Under the pieces are notes generated by a model. It searched no databases. It was not told the origin of the DNA and saw only the letters and a program-made list of their open reading frames with translations. A DNA stretch of 64,000 nucleotides, taken from contig CAVOUE010000003.1 of assembly GCA_963699545.1 (NCBI GenBank), positions 96,001-160,000 of the forward strand. Direction: 5' to 3'. This document shows positions 1-11,521 of the stretch, piece after piece. The position numbers and the translations under genes were made by a program. This DNA is from Nitrospirota bacterium. Its GTDB lineage: Bacteria; Nitrospirota; Thermodesulfovibrionia; Thermodesulfovibrionales; UBA9159. Numbering within the stretch: position 1 is the first letter of the stretch; every line of letters starts with the position of its first letter.

Positions 1-1824
1 CCCGATAAAGCCAAGATTCTGTTTATTCACAATGAGACGAATAGTGGGCATGTCCTTTAGGACCTTGCGAGTATCGTCCGTAGACGCATTGTCAACCACT
101 ATGAGCTCATATTCAACGGCATCGGTATTTTCCAGGAGCGACTTAATACAGTTAAACGTGTATACGAAATTGTTAAACACAGGAATAATGATTGAAACCT
201 CCGGTTTTTCATAGCGTGGAAAATTGAGAGGCTTAACGTCGTACGATAAGTAGCCGTTAAGCTTCTTTTCCGTGTTATTTTCCGTGTTATTAAAAATTTC
301 TGTTGATAATTTAGTTTTTGCCTTATGAGAAAACCTTCTGAAACCTTCATTCTTTATTACCGCAATCCCCTTGCGCCCATAATCGTAGAGCTTCCTTCTC
401 TTTGTCCCAAGAGGGAGCAGAATGTCTTTTGATCTCCTGTATTTCGATAAGAGCTTCCATCCGAGAGAATTATATATTTCGGATAAGAGAAACTCTTTTT
501 CTGTAATGGTTCCACGCGCCCTCTCTATTTCCCGCTCCTTCTCTGCGATGACGGTCTCTTTCTCCCGGACAACCGCCTCCCTCTCCAATTTGCACATTTC
601 GCTTATAGAAATGTCTTTTTCGGTCATTGCTCTGTGGAGTTTCTCTATCTCAGCACTTTTCTCCGAGATGATCGCCTCTCTCTCCCTCTCCCGCTCCTTC
701 AGCTCGGAGATGACCGCCTCTTTCTCTCGTTCCAGTTCTCTCAGCACTACGATGACCGCCTCTTTGTCCCTCTCCCGCTCCTTGAGTTCTACGATAACTG
801 CTTCTTTCTCCCGTTCCCATTCCTTCAGCTCGGAGATGACCGCCTCTTTCTCTAAATTGTACGCTACGGTGAGGGAAATGTCTTTTTCCGTCATTGCTCT
901 GTGGAGTTTCTCTATCTCAACACTTTTCTCTATGATGACCGCTTCTTTCTCTCTCTCCCGCTCCTTCAGCTCGGAGATGACCGCCTCCTTCTCTCGTTCC
1001 ACTTCTTTCGCTTGAGAGATCAGCGCCTCTTTCTCTCTCTCTCTCTCCCTCAATACTGACTGAATTGTCTCATGAGTAAATTTATCAAGATGTTTATGAA
1101 ATATTCTTGAATAGGCAAAACCGGTCTCGCCTGAATACTTGGCACGCTCCGTTATCTGCAAATGTGTACTCCAGACATTGTACTTTGCAGTCACCTTGTT
1201 GATGTGATAAAAAGGGTCGGTATGACTGAGCCTTATTAACAAATCCCAGTCTTCGTATAAATCGAGGGTCTCATCAAAGCCGCTCACAGTCCGTAAAAGG
1301 TTATGGGGGACAATGATGCACATAAAGGGGATGAAGTTCTCGACCAGGAGCTTGTTAAGGGAGAAGTCGGTTGAATGGAAGATACCTTGGTCGATGTCTA
1401 TTAATGTTTCTTTCTCGACGTCATAGGCACTGTGCATTAACCGTGCATCTGTGTAAGCGATCTTGTATTCGCTCTGCCTCAAAAGAGAAATCAGGGTATC
1501 GACATGATCCTCATAAAACTCGTCATCATCATCCAGAAACCCGACATATTCTCCCTTCACGTTCTCTATCCCAACATTGCCGGCATGCGCCCTTCCGGTA
1601 TTCTTTTCGAGCCGTATATAGTTCAGGGAAACATCCCCCAGCATTCCTTTTAGCTCTTCAATTTCAAGGGAGCAGCCGCCGTCATTCACAAGAACGACCT
1701 CTATAGGTCGGTAAGTCTGCAGAGCGATACTTCGGAGCGCCCGCCTCAGAAGCTTCGGTCTGTCCTTCGTCCTGACGATTATGGAGACCAATGGATTGTC
1801 GGTTGCGTCTGTCATCTTTCCCAT
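1..1824 (-). CDS. Multidomain family 2 glycosyltransferase (GT2 - coiled coil - GT2), runs off the left edge
   Basis: Manual translation (absent from the ORF track): MGKMTDATDNPLVSIIVRTKDRPKLLRRALRSI...VVLVNDGG, then E/K-rich repeats, then a second GT2 start EVSIIIPVFNN...LIVVDNASTD in the same frame. Confidence 0.85.
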   Translation of the reverse strand, partial: MGKMTDATDNPLVSIIVRTKDRPKLLRRALRSIALQTYRPIEVVLVNDGGCSLEIEELKGMLGDVSLNYIRLEKNTGRAHAGNVGIENVKGEYVGFLDDDDEFYEDHVDTLISLLRQSEYKIAYTDARLMHSAYDVEKETLIDIDQGIFHSTDFSLNKLLVENFIPFMCIIVPHNLLRTVSGFDETLDLYEDWDLLIRLSHTDPFYHINKVTAKYNVWSTHLQITERAKYSGETGFAYSRIFHKHLDKFTHETIQSVLREREREKEALISQAKEVEREKEAVISELKEREREKEAVIIEKSVEIEKLHRAMTEKDISLTVAYNLEKEAVISELKEWEREKEAVIVELKERERDKEAVIVVLRELEREKEAVISELKEREREREAIISEKSAEIEKLHRAMTEKDISISEMCKLEREAVVREKETVIAEKEREIERARGTITEKEFLLSEIYNSLGWKLLSKYRRSKDILLPLGTKRRKLYDYGRKGIAVIKNEGFRRFSHKAKTKLSTEIFNNTENNTEKKLNGYLSYDVKPLNFPRYEKPEVSIIIPVFNNFVYTFNCIKSLLENTDAVEYELIVVDNASTDDTRKVLKDMPTIRLIVNKQNLGFIG

Positions 1825-1879
1825 GTCTTAAAAGAGGTTTTTTATTCTACCTCAAATGCCTCTCCCATTGCCATCCTCT

Positions 1880-4211
1880 TCACCACTTCTCAAAAAGCCT
1901 CCTGAGGTTCCTCCCTTCACCGCTGATGCCCTTTACTCTCTCGAACATAAAATCGTTATAGGTCTTCACCCTCAGCCCCCCAGCTCTTTCTGTTATCTTA
2001 ACCGCTCCGTCCCTGTCCGTCCTGTAGGTCCTTACCCACTGGAACCTCTCCATCGTTTCCTCGTGCGGATGGCCGTAGGGATTGTCCCTTCCCACGCTTA
2101 TGACCGCTATTCCCGGTGATACCGCATCTAAGAAATCCTCTGCGGAAGAGGTGCGGCTGCCGTGGTGGGATACCTTGATGACATCACTCTTGAGCCATGC
2201 CCCGAGGTGGAGCATATCCTCCTCCGCCTCCCGGGCCGTGTCGCCAGTGAAGAGAAAAGACTTCTGCCCTGCTACCCTTACCACGAGAGAGTCATTGTTC
2301 TCCGCTGTGGCTTCGTTGTCACCAAAGGTCGAGAACCCCCTGTAGGGATGAAGCACCTGTATCCTGAGGTTGCCCGCGTTCGCCTCTTCCCCCCGTTCAA
2401 GTGAACGATGGACAGAATTTCTCAAAAGATTCTCCGGGTAGGTGATCAGGCCGTTATCCCACACCTCTCTGACCGGAACCTTCCTCATCACGTGGAGCGC
2501 ACCTGCAGCGTGATCATCATCTGCATGGGTTATCACGAGAACGTCAACGGCTCCCTTGCCGAGGTACCGCAGGAATCCTTCCACTTCCCTTCCCGTCCTT
2601 CCGGTATCTATGACCATGGTCTTGCTGTATCCCTCGATCACTGCAGCGTCACCCTGACCCACATCAAGATACGTGACCGACAGGGTATCCCTGTCGTGCA
2701 GCAGAGATACCAGACAGAGGAGGAGAGAAACAGCGGGCAACGCGAGGGCATACCGCTTCCTCCCCGACAGGAAGAAGACGATGAGTCCCGCATAAAAGAT
2801 GATGACCACGCTGAGAGGGAATGCCGGCACCTTGATATCAGCAAAAGGCACCGAGGCAAAGAACCTCACCCCTTTAAGGGCCATATCTGAGAGAAATGCT
2901 ACCAGCCCCGCAAATGGGTAATGGCCGGAAAAAATGAATATGAATGAAGACAAAAGGGACAGGGGAACAACGATAAACCCAATGAACGGCGTGATAAAAA
3001 AATTCGCGACGGGAGAAATGATCGAAAAATAATGAAAATAATAGGCAACGAGGGGTGCCGTCCCCAGAGAAGCGGAAAGAGAAAGTAATACAGAGCCTTT
3101 CAGAAAGGTGATCATCCTCCCGGGAAAACCCTGGTCCTTCGGTCTCCCCCTCCCCCTCAATGAGGAAAAGCCCGATGCAGAAGACCGCGAGGAACGAAAG
3201 CTGGAACGAGATGCTCAAAAGTGCAGAGGGGTCCCAGACACAAAGGACGAACGCCGCGAAGAGGAGGGAATTCAGCCAGAACCCCTTCCTCCCGATGAGA
3301 AGGCCAAGGAGAAAGATGTTTATCATGAGAAAGGACCGCAGAGCCGGGATGCTCGCCCCGGAAAGCGCAAGATAGAAGAACATGAAGGGAAGAGCGAAAA
3401 GCGCCGAGGCCTGGGACGGGGTGAGATACAGAGTGAATGCCTGGAGGACCCTGTGGGGCATGGATCGTATAAGAAACCTGAACAGTCCGAATATGAGGGC
3501 GGAGAACAAGCCGAAGTGCGTTCCCGAGATACTCAACAAGTGGGCAAGGCCGGTAGAGTTGAAGGCATCCTTGATCCCTTCACTCATCGTTGACCGCTCG
3601 CCGGTGGTCTGGGAAGCAAGCAATGCTCCTGAATCTCCTTCAAAGCTGTGTTTGAAAAGATAGTTCAGCCTGTCCCTGCTGTCTTGCAGCCACCGTTGCA
3701 CCGTATTCCCTTTCAGCGGTTCTGCCTCTCTCACCTCAGCAAGCGCGGCATAAAGCCCCTCATTCTTTAATGTTCCGGGGTTCCGCCTTTCCCTGTCCCT
3801 CTCTGTTTTTGCCGCAATTACGTACCTCATATGCGGTGGCATCCCATCCCCTGAGACGATATTCATCTCTCGGCCGCCGAGGAGAACAAGCGGCGTACCG
3901 TCCACCGCATTCACGGCGGAGACAACCTTGATTGTGTTCACAAACCGTCCGGATAAAAGCTCCCGTGGTGAACTTTCCGCAGTACACTCTAGAATGATTT
4001 CCCTGTTGCACAAGGCACCATTATCAATGGGAGGGGCATACCGGAGAAAAGCATATGCAAAACCCGTAATGAGAAGCAGGGCGACAAAGTAACGTCTCCT
4101 GACAGCGAAGAGGGCTATAGACACGGCGAGCAGAACGCCTGTGGTAACCGGGAAAAAAGGGGAAAAATGAAAAAGGACGATTCCTGAAAAGAACAGTGAG
4201 AATATCTTCAT
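1880..4211 (-). CDS. comEC: DNA internalization competence protein ComEC/Rec2, frameshifted near 3140-3160
   Basis: Competence domain GLAHLLSISGTH and SFQLSF in 2874..4211; metallo-beta-lactamase domain DVGQGD, THADDDH, HHGS in 1880..3160. Confidence 0.9.
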
Positions 4212-5560
4212 CAGACAGACATTGTTTTCTTGATTACCTCTGCAATCCGGCTGGCGAGCTTCCCCACGAGCTTTTCATCATCAGCCTCTACCATCACCCG
4301 CATCGCATGCTCCGTGCCCGAGGGCCTCACAAGGACCCTTCCCCTCCCGCTGAGCAGGGACTCCGCTTCCTTGATCGCTTGCATGATCTCGGGGTATGAC
4401 TTTATATCAGCCTTCTTCTCCACCGGGACGTTGATGAGCACCTGGGGGTAGAATGTAATGTCCCTCACCAGTTCCGAAAGCGGAGCATTCTCTTTTTTCA
4501 TGGCATTGAGGACGTGGAGTGCAGTGATCGGACCGTCCCCTGTTGTGTTGCACTGAAGGCAGATGATATGTCCTGACGGCTCGCCTCCCAGGACGTATCC
4601 CCCGCTGAGCATCTTCTCGGTGACGAAACGGTCACCGACCTTGGTCCTGTGAAGTCTTATGCCATGGGCCGAGAGGTACTTTTCGAGGCCGAGATTAGAC
4701 ATAACCGTGGAGACGACGGTGTTTTCCCTGAGGCATTTCTCTTTCTTCATCTGGAGAGCCCATACTCCCAATATTTTGTCGCCGTCAACCACCTCCCCTC
4801 GTTCATCGCACATGAGGGTCCTGTCCCCGTCCCCGTCGTGGGCGATACCCGCGTCCGCCCTGTGCTCCCTCACCGCATCGCGCAGACCTGCCATATGAAG
4901 GGAACCGCATCCCTCATTGATGTTGATGCCATCCGGTTTGTCATGTATGGTAACGACCTCGGCACCCAGTTCCTGCAACACCCACGGGGTAACCTTGTAT
5001 GCCGCTCCGTTTGCGCAATCAACCACCACACGCAGCCCCTCAAGGGTAGTGCCCCTCGGTATGGTGGACTTGATGTACTCGATATATCTTCCCGTTGCAT
5101 CATCAAGCCGGAATGCCTTTCCGATCTGCGCCCCCGACAGTCTCTTCGCGCCCAGCCGCTCATCCGCCACAAGAGCCTCGATCCTTTCTTCCAGTCCGTC
5201 GGGCAGTTTGAATCCGTCCGCAGAGAAGAACTTGATGCCGTTGTCTTCAAAGGGATTGTGGGACGCCGAAATGACCACGCCTGCATCAAGCCTTAATGCC
5301 CTCGTAAGAAATGCGATCCCGGGGGTCGGCAGGGGCCCGGTCAGGGTAACGTTCATTCCCATGGAGCACATGCCTGCGGTAAGCGCGCTCTCTATCATGT
5401 ACCCGGAAAGCCTGGTGTCTTTGCCGATAATGACCATATTCCTTCCGTGCGCCTTCCTGAGGACCTTTGCCGCAGCCATGCCGATCCGGAGAACCTGCTC
5501 CGGCGTCATGGGAGACCGGTTTATCCTCCCCCGTATGCCGTCTGTTCCGAAAAGCCTCAT
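4211..5560 (-). CDS. glmM: Phosphoglucosamine mutase
   Basis: RLFGTDGIRG start, SASHNP phosphoserine motif, DGDGDR metal loop. Confidence 0.97.
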   Translation of the reverse strand: MRLFGTDGIRGRINRSPMTPEQVLRIGMAAAKVLRKAHGRNMVIIGKDTRLSGYMIESALTAGMCSMGMNVTLTGPLPTPGIAFLTRALRLDAGVVISASHNPFEDNGIKFFSADGFKLPDGLEERIEALVADERLGAKRLSGAQIGKAFRLDDATGRYIEYIKSTIPRGTTLEGLRVVVDCANGAAYKVTPWVLQELGAEVVTIHDKPDGININEGCGSLHMAGLRDAVREHRADAGIAHDGDGDRTLMCDERGEVVDGDKILGVWALQMKKEKCLRENTVVSTVMSNLGLEKYLSAHGIRLHRTKVGDRFVTEKMLSGGYVLGGEPSGHIICLQCNTTGDGPITALHVLNAMKKENAPLSELVRDITFYPQVLINVPVEKKADIKSYPEIMQAIKEAESLLSGRGRVLVRPSGTEHAMRVMVEADDEKLVGKLASRIAEVIKKTMSV

Positions 5561-6214
5561 TTCCCCCTCCGCGCTATCCTGATGTGGATGTCAACCTTGT
5601 CTGTCTTTGACCGTATGGTGTTATCCTGAAGTTTCAGGCCCACTTCCTGCTTAAAGTCCTCCGTCAATCCGGTAATGTCGATGGGCTCTGTTTTCACCGT
5701 TCCCACCTTTCTCACCGTCGATTTCGCCCCTTCGATGGCCATCTCAGCCGGACTGATCTCCACAGATTTGAGATAATATCCTTTCTCCGGAGTGCCGGTA
5801 ATGTCGGGCATAATGGAAACAGTTTTCGAAACCGTTCTCCTCAAAAACAACCTTCACCGATAACGGTTCGATCTTGACAATCGAAGCACCATAGGGCAGC
5901 TTCACGTCATCCTTCCTCACCGGGAAGACCTCCTCCCCTTTTTTCGCCTTGCTCACGTCCACAGAGACCCTCACCGTATCCTGGCGGATGTTTCTGCCGA
6001 GACTTTCATGGGACCTGACGACAACATTCGCGGATTTCACCTCGTGCCGTGCAATCTCAAGGCCGGAAGGAATGCTGGTATATTCGATGGGCACGTTGAG
6101 AGACATCTCTGTCTGGCCTTTCGAGACAACGAAAAACCAGAGTATGACCGCAAGCACTGCGGCAGAGGCCTTCAGCGTGACGTTCTCCAATAAAAGTCTC
6201 TGTATAATGTTCAC
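5557..6214 (-). CDS. cdaR: CdaR/YbbR-like regulator, frameshifted near 5840
   Basis: N-terminal TM (AVILWFFV) plus YbbR-like repeats split over two ORFs; lies between cdaA and glmM. Confidence 0.8.
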
Positions 6215-7011
6215 AGTGACTCCTTAAATCCCGGGGACTTTCTGGGAACCTTTCGCCTCTGGGCTGTGGTGAATATATCCGTCAACCTCTTCCTCAGGTT
6301 CTCCATATCAATGGCGGTCTCCAGTTTTCCGGCGGCGGCCATAGAGATCGCCCCCGTCTCTTCGGAAACAATGATGGCAATGGCATCAGTCTCTTCGGTA
6401 AGTCCTATTCCTGCACGATGCCGGGTGCCCAGCGCCTTGCTCACCTCGCTGCTCAGCGCGATAGGGAGGAAACATCCTGCGGCCACGATCCTGTTTCCCC
6501 GGATCACCACTGCGCCGTCATGGATGGGTGAGGTGGTATGAAAGATGCTCAAGAGTATGTCCTTCGAGACCTTTGCGTCCAGGAGGGTCCCCATTTCGAC
6601 AAAATCCTTGAGGCTGGTCTCCCGCTCTATGACGATGAGGGCCCCCATCTTCCTGTTGGCAAGGGCCACAGCCGCCTTCACGATCTCGTCCAGGGATTTC
6701 AGTTCTTCAGCAGAGGTGAATGCGGCGAGAAACCGCGCTTCGCCCATGTGAGCGAGGGCCCTCCTGATCTCAGGCTGGAAGAGGATGATCAGTACGATCA
6801 CGATCTGTGCCCACAAGCTCTGGATGATCCAGTTCACCGTATACAGTTCCAGGTGCTCTGAGAGGAGAGAAGCGAGGAGCAAAAGACCAAGACCGATGAG
6901 CATCTGGGCGGCCTTCGTTCCCTTTACGATGAGGAGAAGACGATAGAGAATGATCGTCACAAAGACGATATCGAGGATATCCTGCCATCGTATCTGCTTC
7001 AGGAGTTCCAT
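6211..7011 (-). CDS. cdaA: Diadenylate cyclase CdaA/DacA
   Basis: Three N-terminal TMs, FQPEIRR, HDGA and GTRHRA DAC motifs. Confidence 0.95.
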   Translation of the reverse strand: MELLKQIRWQDILDIVFVTIILYRLLLIVKGTKAAQMLIGLGLLLLASLLSEHLELYTVNWIIQSLWAQIVIVLIILFQPEIRRALAHMGEARFLAAFTSAEELKSLDEIVKAAVALANRKMGALIVIERETSLKDFVEMGTLLDAKVSKDILLSIFHTTSPIHDGAVVIRGNRIVAAGCFLPIALSSEVSKALGTRHRAGIGLTEETDAIAIIVSEETGAISMAAAGKLETAIDMENLRKRLTDIFTTAQRRKVPRKSPGFKESL

Positions 7012-7162
7012 CGTTCAATTATAAGTCATCGGACAGGGAATTGACAAAACATTTTTCCCCGGGAACACCGGGAGGGATTCCCTCTCATAGCTGCTATGCA
7101 ACCATCCGTATTTTTGCTATAGTGCAGGGAGGAGACCGTGGACATCAGGAGAGGAGGAAATC

Positions 7163-7378
7163 ATGCTCGTCACCAAACAGGAGGCAGCGGAGAAATGGTG
7201 TCAGGAAAGCTTTAACGGTGACAGGGAAAGATGCGTCGGTCCCGGATGCATGGCGTGGAGATGGGCGGAGAGTGTACCTCACGTCTGCATCGCATGCGGC
7301 ACTGAAGATACCGAGTGGGAAGACCAGCCGGAATTGAGGAAGGGATACTGCGGCATGGCCGGGGTCGCGAAGTGGTGA
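7163..7378 (+). CDS. Small Cys-rich hypothetical protein (71 aa)
   Basis: Strong SD GAGGAGG before ATG; WC, CVGPGCMAWRW, CIAC and GYCGMAG motifs. Confidence 0.65.
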   Translation: MLVTKQEAAEKWCQESFNGDRERCVGPGCMAWRWAESVPHVCIACGTEDTEWEDQPELRKGYCGMAGVAKW

Positions 7379-7553
7379 GATCCCGGCTTGTCGCAAATGC
7401 AGTGCCTGTCCGGTGATACGTCATGACCGGCTTGAGCGGCATCAGTCCGCCTGAGGCGGATCGACAATCCCGAAAGCTTTCGGGATCGCAGGATCTCGGG
7501 ATGCGAAATGCGGTCACGACTCCTCAACCCCCTCCCCCTGGATTTCGTTAGAG

Positions 7554-8672
7554 CTACCCTTCCTTCAGCACCCTCTTCACATACAGAAGATATCCCACTG
7601 AGATGAAAAGGACGCCCAGGACAACGAGTTTCAGCAGGTCCCGGACAAGGAGATCCATATGAGCGCCTCTGATGAGCAGGCCAATCCCGAGGCCCATAAA
7701 ATATTTCAGGGGGGAGATAACGGTGAGCCTTCTCAGCCAGTCAGGCAGTGCCTCCGGCGGCACCCATCCTCCGGACAGGAGCATCATGGGGGCAAAGATC
7801 ACAATGGTGAGGAGCCCTATCTGGCTCAGACGCTTTGATATTGAGGCTATGATGAATGCCAGTCCCGACGTGGCAAGGCTGTAGATGAGACAGATAAAGA
7901 GAAACTCCGGGAGCGAGCCCTTCAGCGGAAAACCGAGCCAGAGCCTGAGCACAAATTCGTAGCATAGCCCGATGATGGCAAGGAGGAACACAGAAGCGGC
8001 AACGATCTTCATGAAAAGGAGTTTCCTGATGTCCAGGGGAGAGATCATGATCTGTTCAAGGGTACCGTACTCCTTCTCCCTGATGAGGATGGCTGCCGGC
8101 AATATCATCCCGATGAGGGTGATGACGTGAAAGAGCTCGTTAATGCCTTCAAAGATCTGGTCCTTGATCTCGGGATTGAAATAGACCCTGCTCTTCACCA
8201 CGAGGGAAGGCAGTCCGGTGACTTTTGCCGTCTTCCTCCGCTCTCTCACCAGGTCTTCCGAGTACTGCCCGATGATGAACTGAAGATATGCTGAACTGAG
8301 ATAGGCTGCCGCGCTCTGCGTACCGTCAACAAGGACCTGCACCGATGCCCCGTTCCGGTAAACGTCCCTCTCAAACCCCTCGGGTATCACAAGGACAAGA
8401 ACGGTCTTCGACTCGTTCAGCAGCGTGTCTATGTCCCCGCGATGAAATGCCCTCTCCGGCCTCCTGAAGGCGGGGGGCTGAATTCTGCTGATAAGTTCGC
8501 GGCTCTTGAGGGAGTTGTCCTCGTCATACACGCTGACCGGGACCTTCTCGGGAATGATGCTAAACCCCTGGGCGGCGGTATAGATGTCAAAGGAAAAGGC
8601 ATAGAGAATAAAGATGAGGAGGCCCTTGTCGCGGATGATATGGAGAAGCTCTTTTCTCAGGAGCTGCCACAT
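7554..8672 (-). CDS. ABC-2 type transporter permease
   Basis: Start MWQLLRKELL; IREKEYGTLEQI motif; multiple TMs. Confidence 0.9.
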   Translation of the reverse strand: MWQLLRKELLHIIRDKGLLIFILYAFSFDIYTAAQGFSIIPEKVPVSVYDEDNSLKSRELISRIQPPAFRRPERAFHRGDIDTLLNESKTVLVLVIPEGFERDVYRNGASVQVLVDGTQSAAAYLSSAYLQFIIGQYSEDLVRERRKTAKVTGLPSLVVKSRVYFNPEIKDQIFEGINELFHVITLIGMILPAAILIREKEYGTLEQIMISPLDIRKLLFMKIVAASVFLLAIIGLCYEFVLRLWLGFPLKGSLPEFLFICLIYSLATSGLAFIIASISKRLSQIGLLTIVIFAPMMLLSGGWVPPEALPDWLRRLTVISPLKYFMGLGIGLLIRGAHMDLLVRDLLKLVVLGVLFISVGYLLYVKRVLKEG

Positions 8673-8674
8673 CG

Positions 8675-9802
8675 CTAACCCTCCCTCTTTTTGAATACCC
8701 ATATCCCCGCGGAAAAGAGGGCGGAGAAATAGAGCAACAGGATCAGGATATGGGGAAGGAGGTCTCTCAAGCCGAGGTCTTTCAGATATACCCCGTGTAT
8801 GATCTTCATAAAATACATCGAGGGATAGAGGTGCGCCATGACCTTTGCTGCCCCTTCGAGATTCGCCACCGGGATAAGAAGCCCCGAATAGAGAAAGGCA
8901 GGGATGACGGTGACGATGACCGTAACGATCTGGGCCGAGACGATGGTCCTTGTTACCGAAGATACCAGAAGTCCAAAGGATACGTTTATCAATACGTAAA
9001 GGAGCGCCCCGGGGATAAGGGTCGCGAGATGCCCCTTCATCGGTATCTGGAACAGCACCCGTATGGCGGTCACGATCACGCAGAAATTCATGGCGGAAAT
9101 GACCAGGTAAGGGATGATCTTTCCCACGAGGAACTCCCACTTCCTGATGGGAGAGGAGTAGATATTGTAGATGGTGCCGAACTCTTTTTCCCTGGCAATG
9201 GCAAGAGCGGTCAGGACCGCGGGATTCATCAGGAGAATGATCACGATGAGACCGGGAACGAGGGCATAGCTGCTCTTGAGGGACTCGTTGAAGAAGTATC
9301 GCGTTTCGACCCTGATAGGGCGAAGGAGCATGCCGGAACGGCCGTCCCGCTTCAGCCTCTCCTCCATGAGCTCACTGCTGAAGGCACCCGCGATAGCCTG
9401 TGCGTACCCTTTGATGGTAAGTGCCCGGTACGGGTATCCTCCATCGATCAGGAACTGGACTTCCGACTCGCTCCCTCGGTAAATCTTCCTGGAGAAATCG
9501 GGGGGGATCACCAGCACCGCTCTCAGGGTTCCGCTGGTGAGAAGCCTGTCCGCCTCCTTCTGCCCGGGGAGTTCCCCCTGGAGGTCAAAAAACCTCCCTT
9601 TGAATTTCTCCACCAGCTGCGCACTGAGCTGACTGCGGTCCTCATCGATGTACGCAAAGGGCATATGTTCAATATCGAGACTGATACCGTAACCGAAGAC
9701 GATGAACATGATAAAGGGGACCACAAAGGCCAGGACCAGGAAGAGCTTTACCCGCCATATCTCCTTCACCTCCTTCAACGCCACCGCCAGGATCCTTTTC
9801 AT
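8675..9802 (-). CDS. ABC-2 type transporter permease
   Basis: AREKEFGT motif; YbhS/YbhR-like layout. Confidence 0.9.
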   Translation of the reverse strand: MKRILAVALKEVKEIWRVKLFLVLAFVVPFIMFIVFGYGISLDIEHMPFAYIDEDRSQLSAQLVEKFKGRFFDLQGELPGQKEADRLLTSGTLRAVLVIPPDFSRKIYRGSESEVQFLIDGGYPYRALTIKGYAQAIAGAFSSELMEERLKRDGRSGMLLRPIRVETRYFFNESLKSSYALVPGLIVIILLMNPAVLTALAIAREKEFGTIYNIYSSPIRKWEFLVGKIIPYLVISAMNFCVIVTAIRVLFQIPMKGHLATLIPGALLYVLINVSFGLLVSSVTRTIVSAQIVTVIVTVIPAFLYSGLLIPVANLEGAAKVMAHLYPSMYFMKIIHGVYLKDLGLRDLLPHILILLLYFSALFSAGIWVFKKREG

Positions 9803-11497
9803 GGTTTCCTGCCGAGGAAATAGATGAACACGTCCTCCATGGGAGGCCGTATCTCTCTGATGAAGCGGTACCCTATGGCAGCGGAATCCAGAAGATCCTC
9901 CAGTTCCTGTTCCTCTAATCCTTTTTTCCAGACACGGTATCTCCTGCCGAAGGGCGTGATGGATATCTGCCGGGAAGTGAAGACCCCCGTGTCAACAGGA
10001 GACCCTGGATAGAATTCATAGACCTCACCTGAGGCGCCGACAAAATCCTTCCTGAGATTATCCGGCGTATCCACGGTAATGATCTTCCCCTCGTTCATGA
10101 TGGCGATCCTGTCGCAGTAATCCGCCTCTACAAGGTTGTGAGTAGTAACAAGGATGGTCATGTTCAATTTCCGTGATAATCCCCTGATGAGCTGCCAGAA
10201 GGACCTCCTTGCCACCGGGTCAACCCCGGACGTGGGTTCATCAAGGACAAGAAGGGAGGGAAGATTGAGTGTTGCACATCCCAGGGCAAGTCTCTGCTTT
10301 ATCCCCAGAGGGAGCTTCCCCACAAAGGCATCCTCCCTTCCCTCGAGGTCCGCAACACCCATGACCCACCTCCTCCTCTCTCTGAAGACTTCTCTGTCAA
10401 CACCGTAGAGGGAGCCATACAGCTCCATATTTTCCCGCACGGTGAGAATCGCCGTAGAGGGAGAAAACCTGGGACATATACCCTATGGCCTGTTTCAGCT
10501 CGGGATTTCCTGCATTCATTCCAAGGACAGTGACCGTACCGGTATCGGGTTTGAGAAGGGAAAGGATGCACTTAAGAAGGGTCGTCTTCCCTGCGCCATT
10601 GGGACCGAGGAAACCGAAGATCTCCCCCTGACTGATGGAGAGAGTTGCATGGTCGACAGCCCTGAAGCCGTCAAAGGATTTGGTCACTCCCTCGATAGTG
10701 ACCGCGGACGAGAAATGTTTCGGGGATGAGGGGCTGAAGGGGACGTCGTATTCCGGGGGTGTTCTCCCTTCCAGGAGCATGTCGAAAAATGCCTCTTCCA
10801 GGTCCTTTCCCCCTTCCATAAGATGCTCCGGATGACCGGAGAACAGTACCTTTCCCCCATGGAGGAATTTCACCGAATGGCATCGCTCCGCTTCGTCCAT
10901 ATAGGAAGTGGCCAATATGAGGGTCGTGCCTGCCTCTGAGATGAACCCGTTCAGAAGTTCCCAGAGCTGACGCCTTGAAAGGGGATCCACCCCCGTTGAC
11001 GGCTCATCAAGAAGCAGGACAGCGGGTTCAGAGATGAGAGAGCAGCAGATGCCCAGTTTCTGTTTCATGCCGCCGGAGAGGTTTCTCGCAAATCTCTCCC
11101 GGAAGGGCGTCAGCCCTGTGATATCCAGAAGCCTGTCCTTGAGCCGGTCCCGTTTTTCATCGGAGACGTTTTTTATGGCGGCAAAGAAATCGATATTCTC
11201 CTCCACAGAAAGTTCCATGTAGAGGTTTAGCCCCAGTCCCTGGGGCATGAAGCTGAGATAGCCTTTGATTGATTCGGGGTCCCGCTGAAGGTCTTTGCCC
11301 ATAAAGGTCGCCGAGCCATCGAACCGCAATACCCCGGAGCATATCTTGAGAAGGCTGCTTTTCCCTGCGCCATCGGGGCCTATGATACCGGTAATCTCTG
11401 CAGGCACTATATCAAGATCGATATTTTCGAGGGCATAATTTTTTTTATACCGCTTGGACACCTTTGTGAATGTTATGATGGGGGCGATCATGGGCAA
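9799..11497 (-). CDS. ABC transporter ATPase with two ATPase domains, frameshifted near 10440
   Basis: Two Walker A motifs (GPDGAGKS, GPNGAGKT) and two LDEP motifs across two ORFs. Confidence 0.9.
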
Positions 11498-11521
11498 CCG
11501 AAGAAATATGCGAGAGGCTTC

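Noticed and set aside
480-1050. CRISPR array, or the Ser-rich + strand ORF 422..1015
   Set aside because: The repeats encode a coiled coil on the minus strand; there are no unique spacers and no cas genes
3130-3160. Phase variation of comEC at G-runs
   Set aside because: Runs are only 5 nt, and the window-wide indel rate explains the shift more simply
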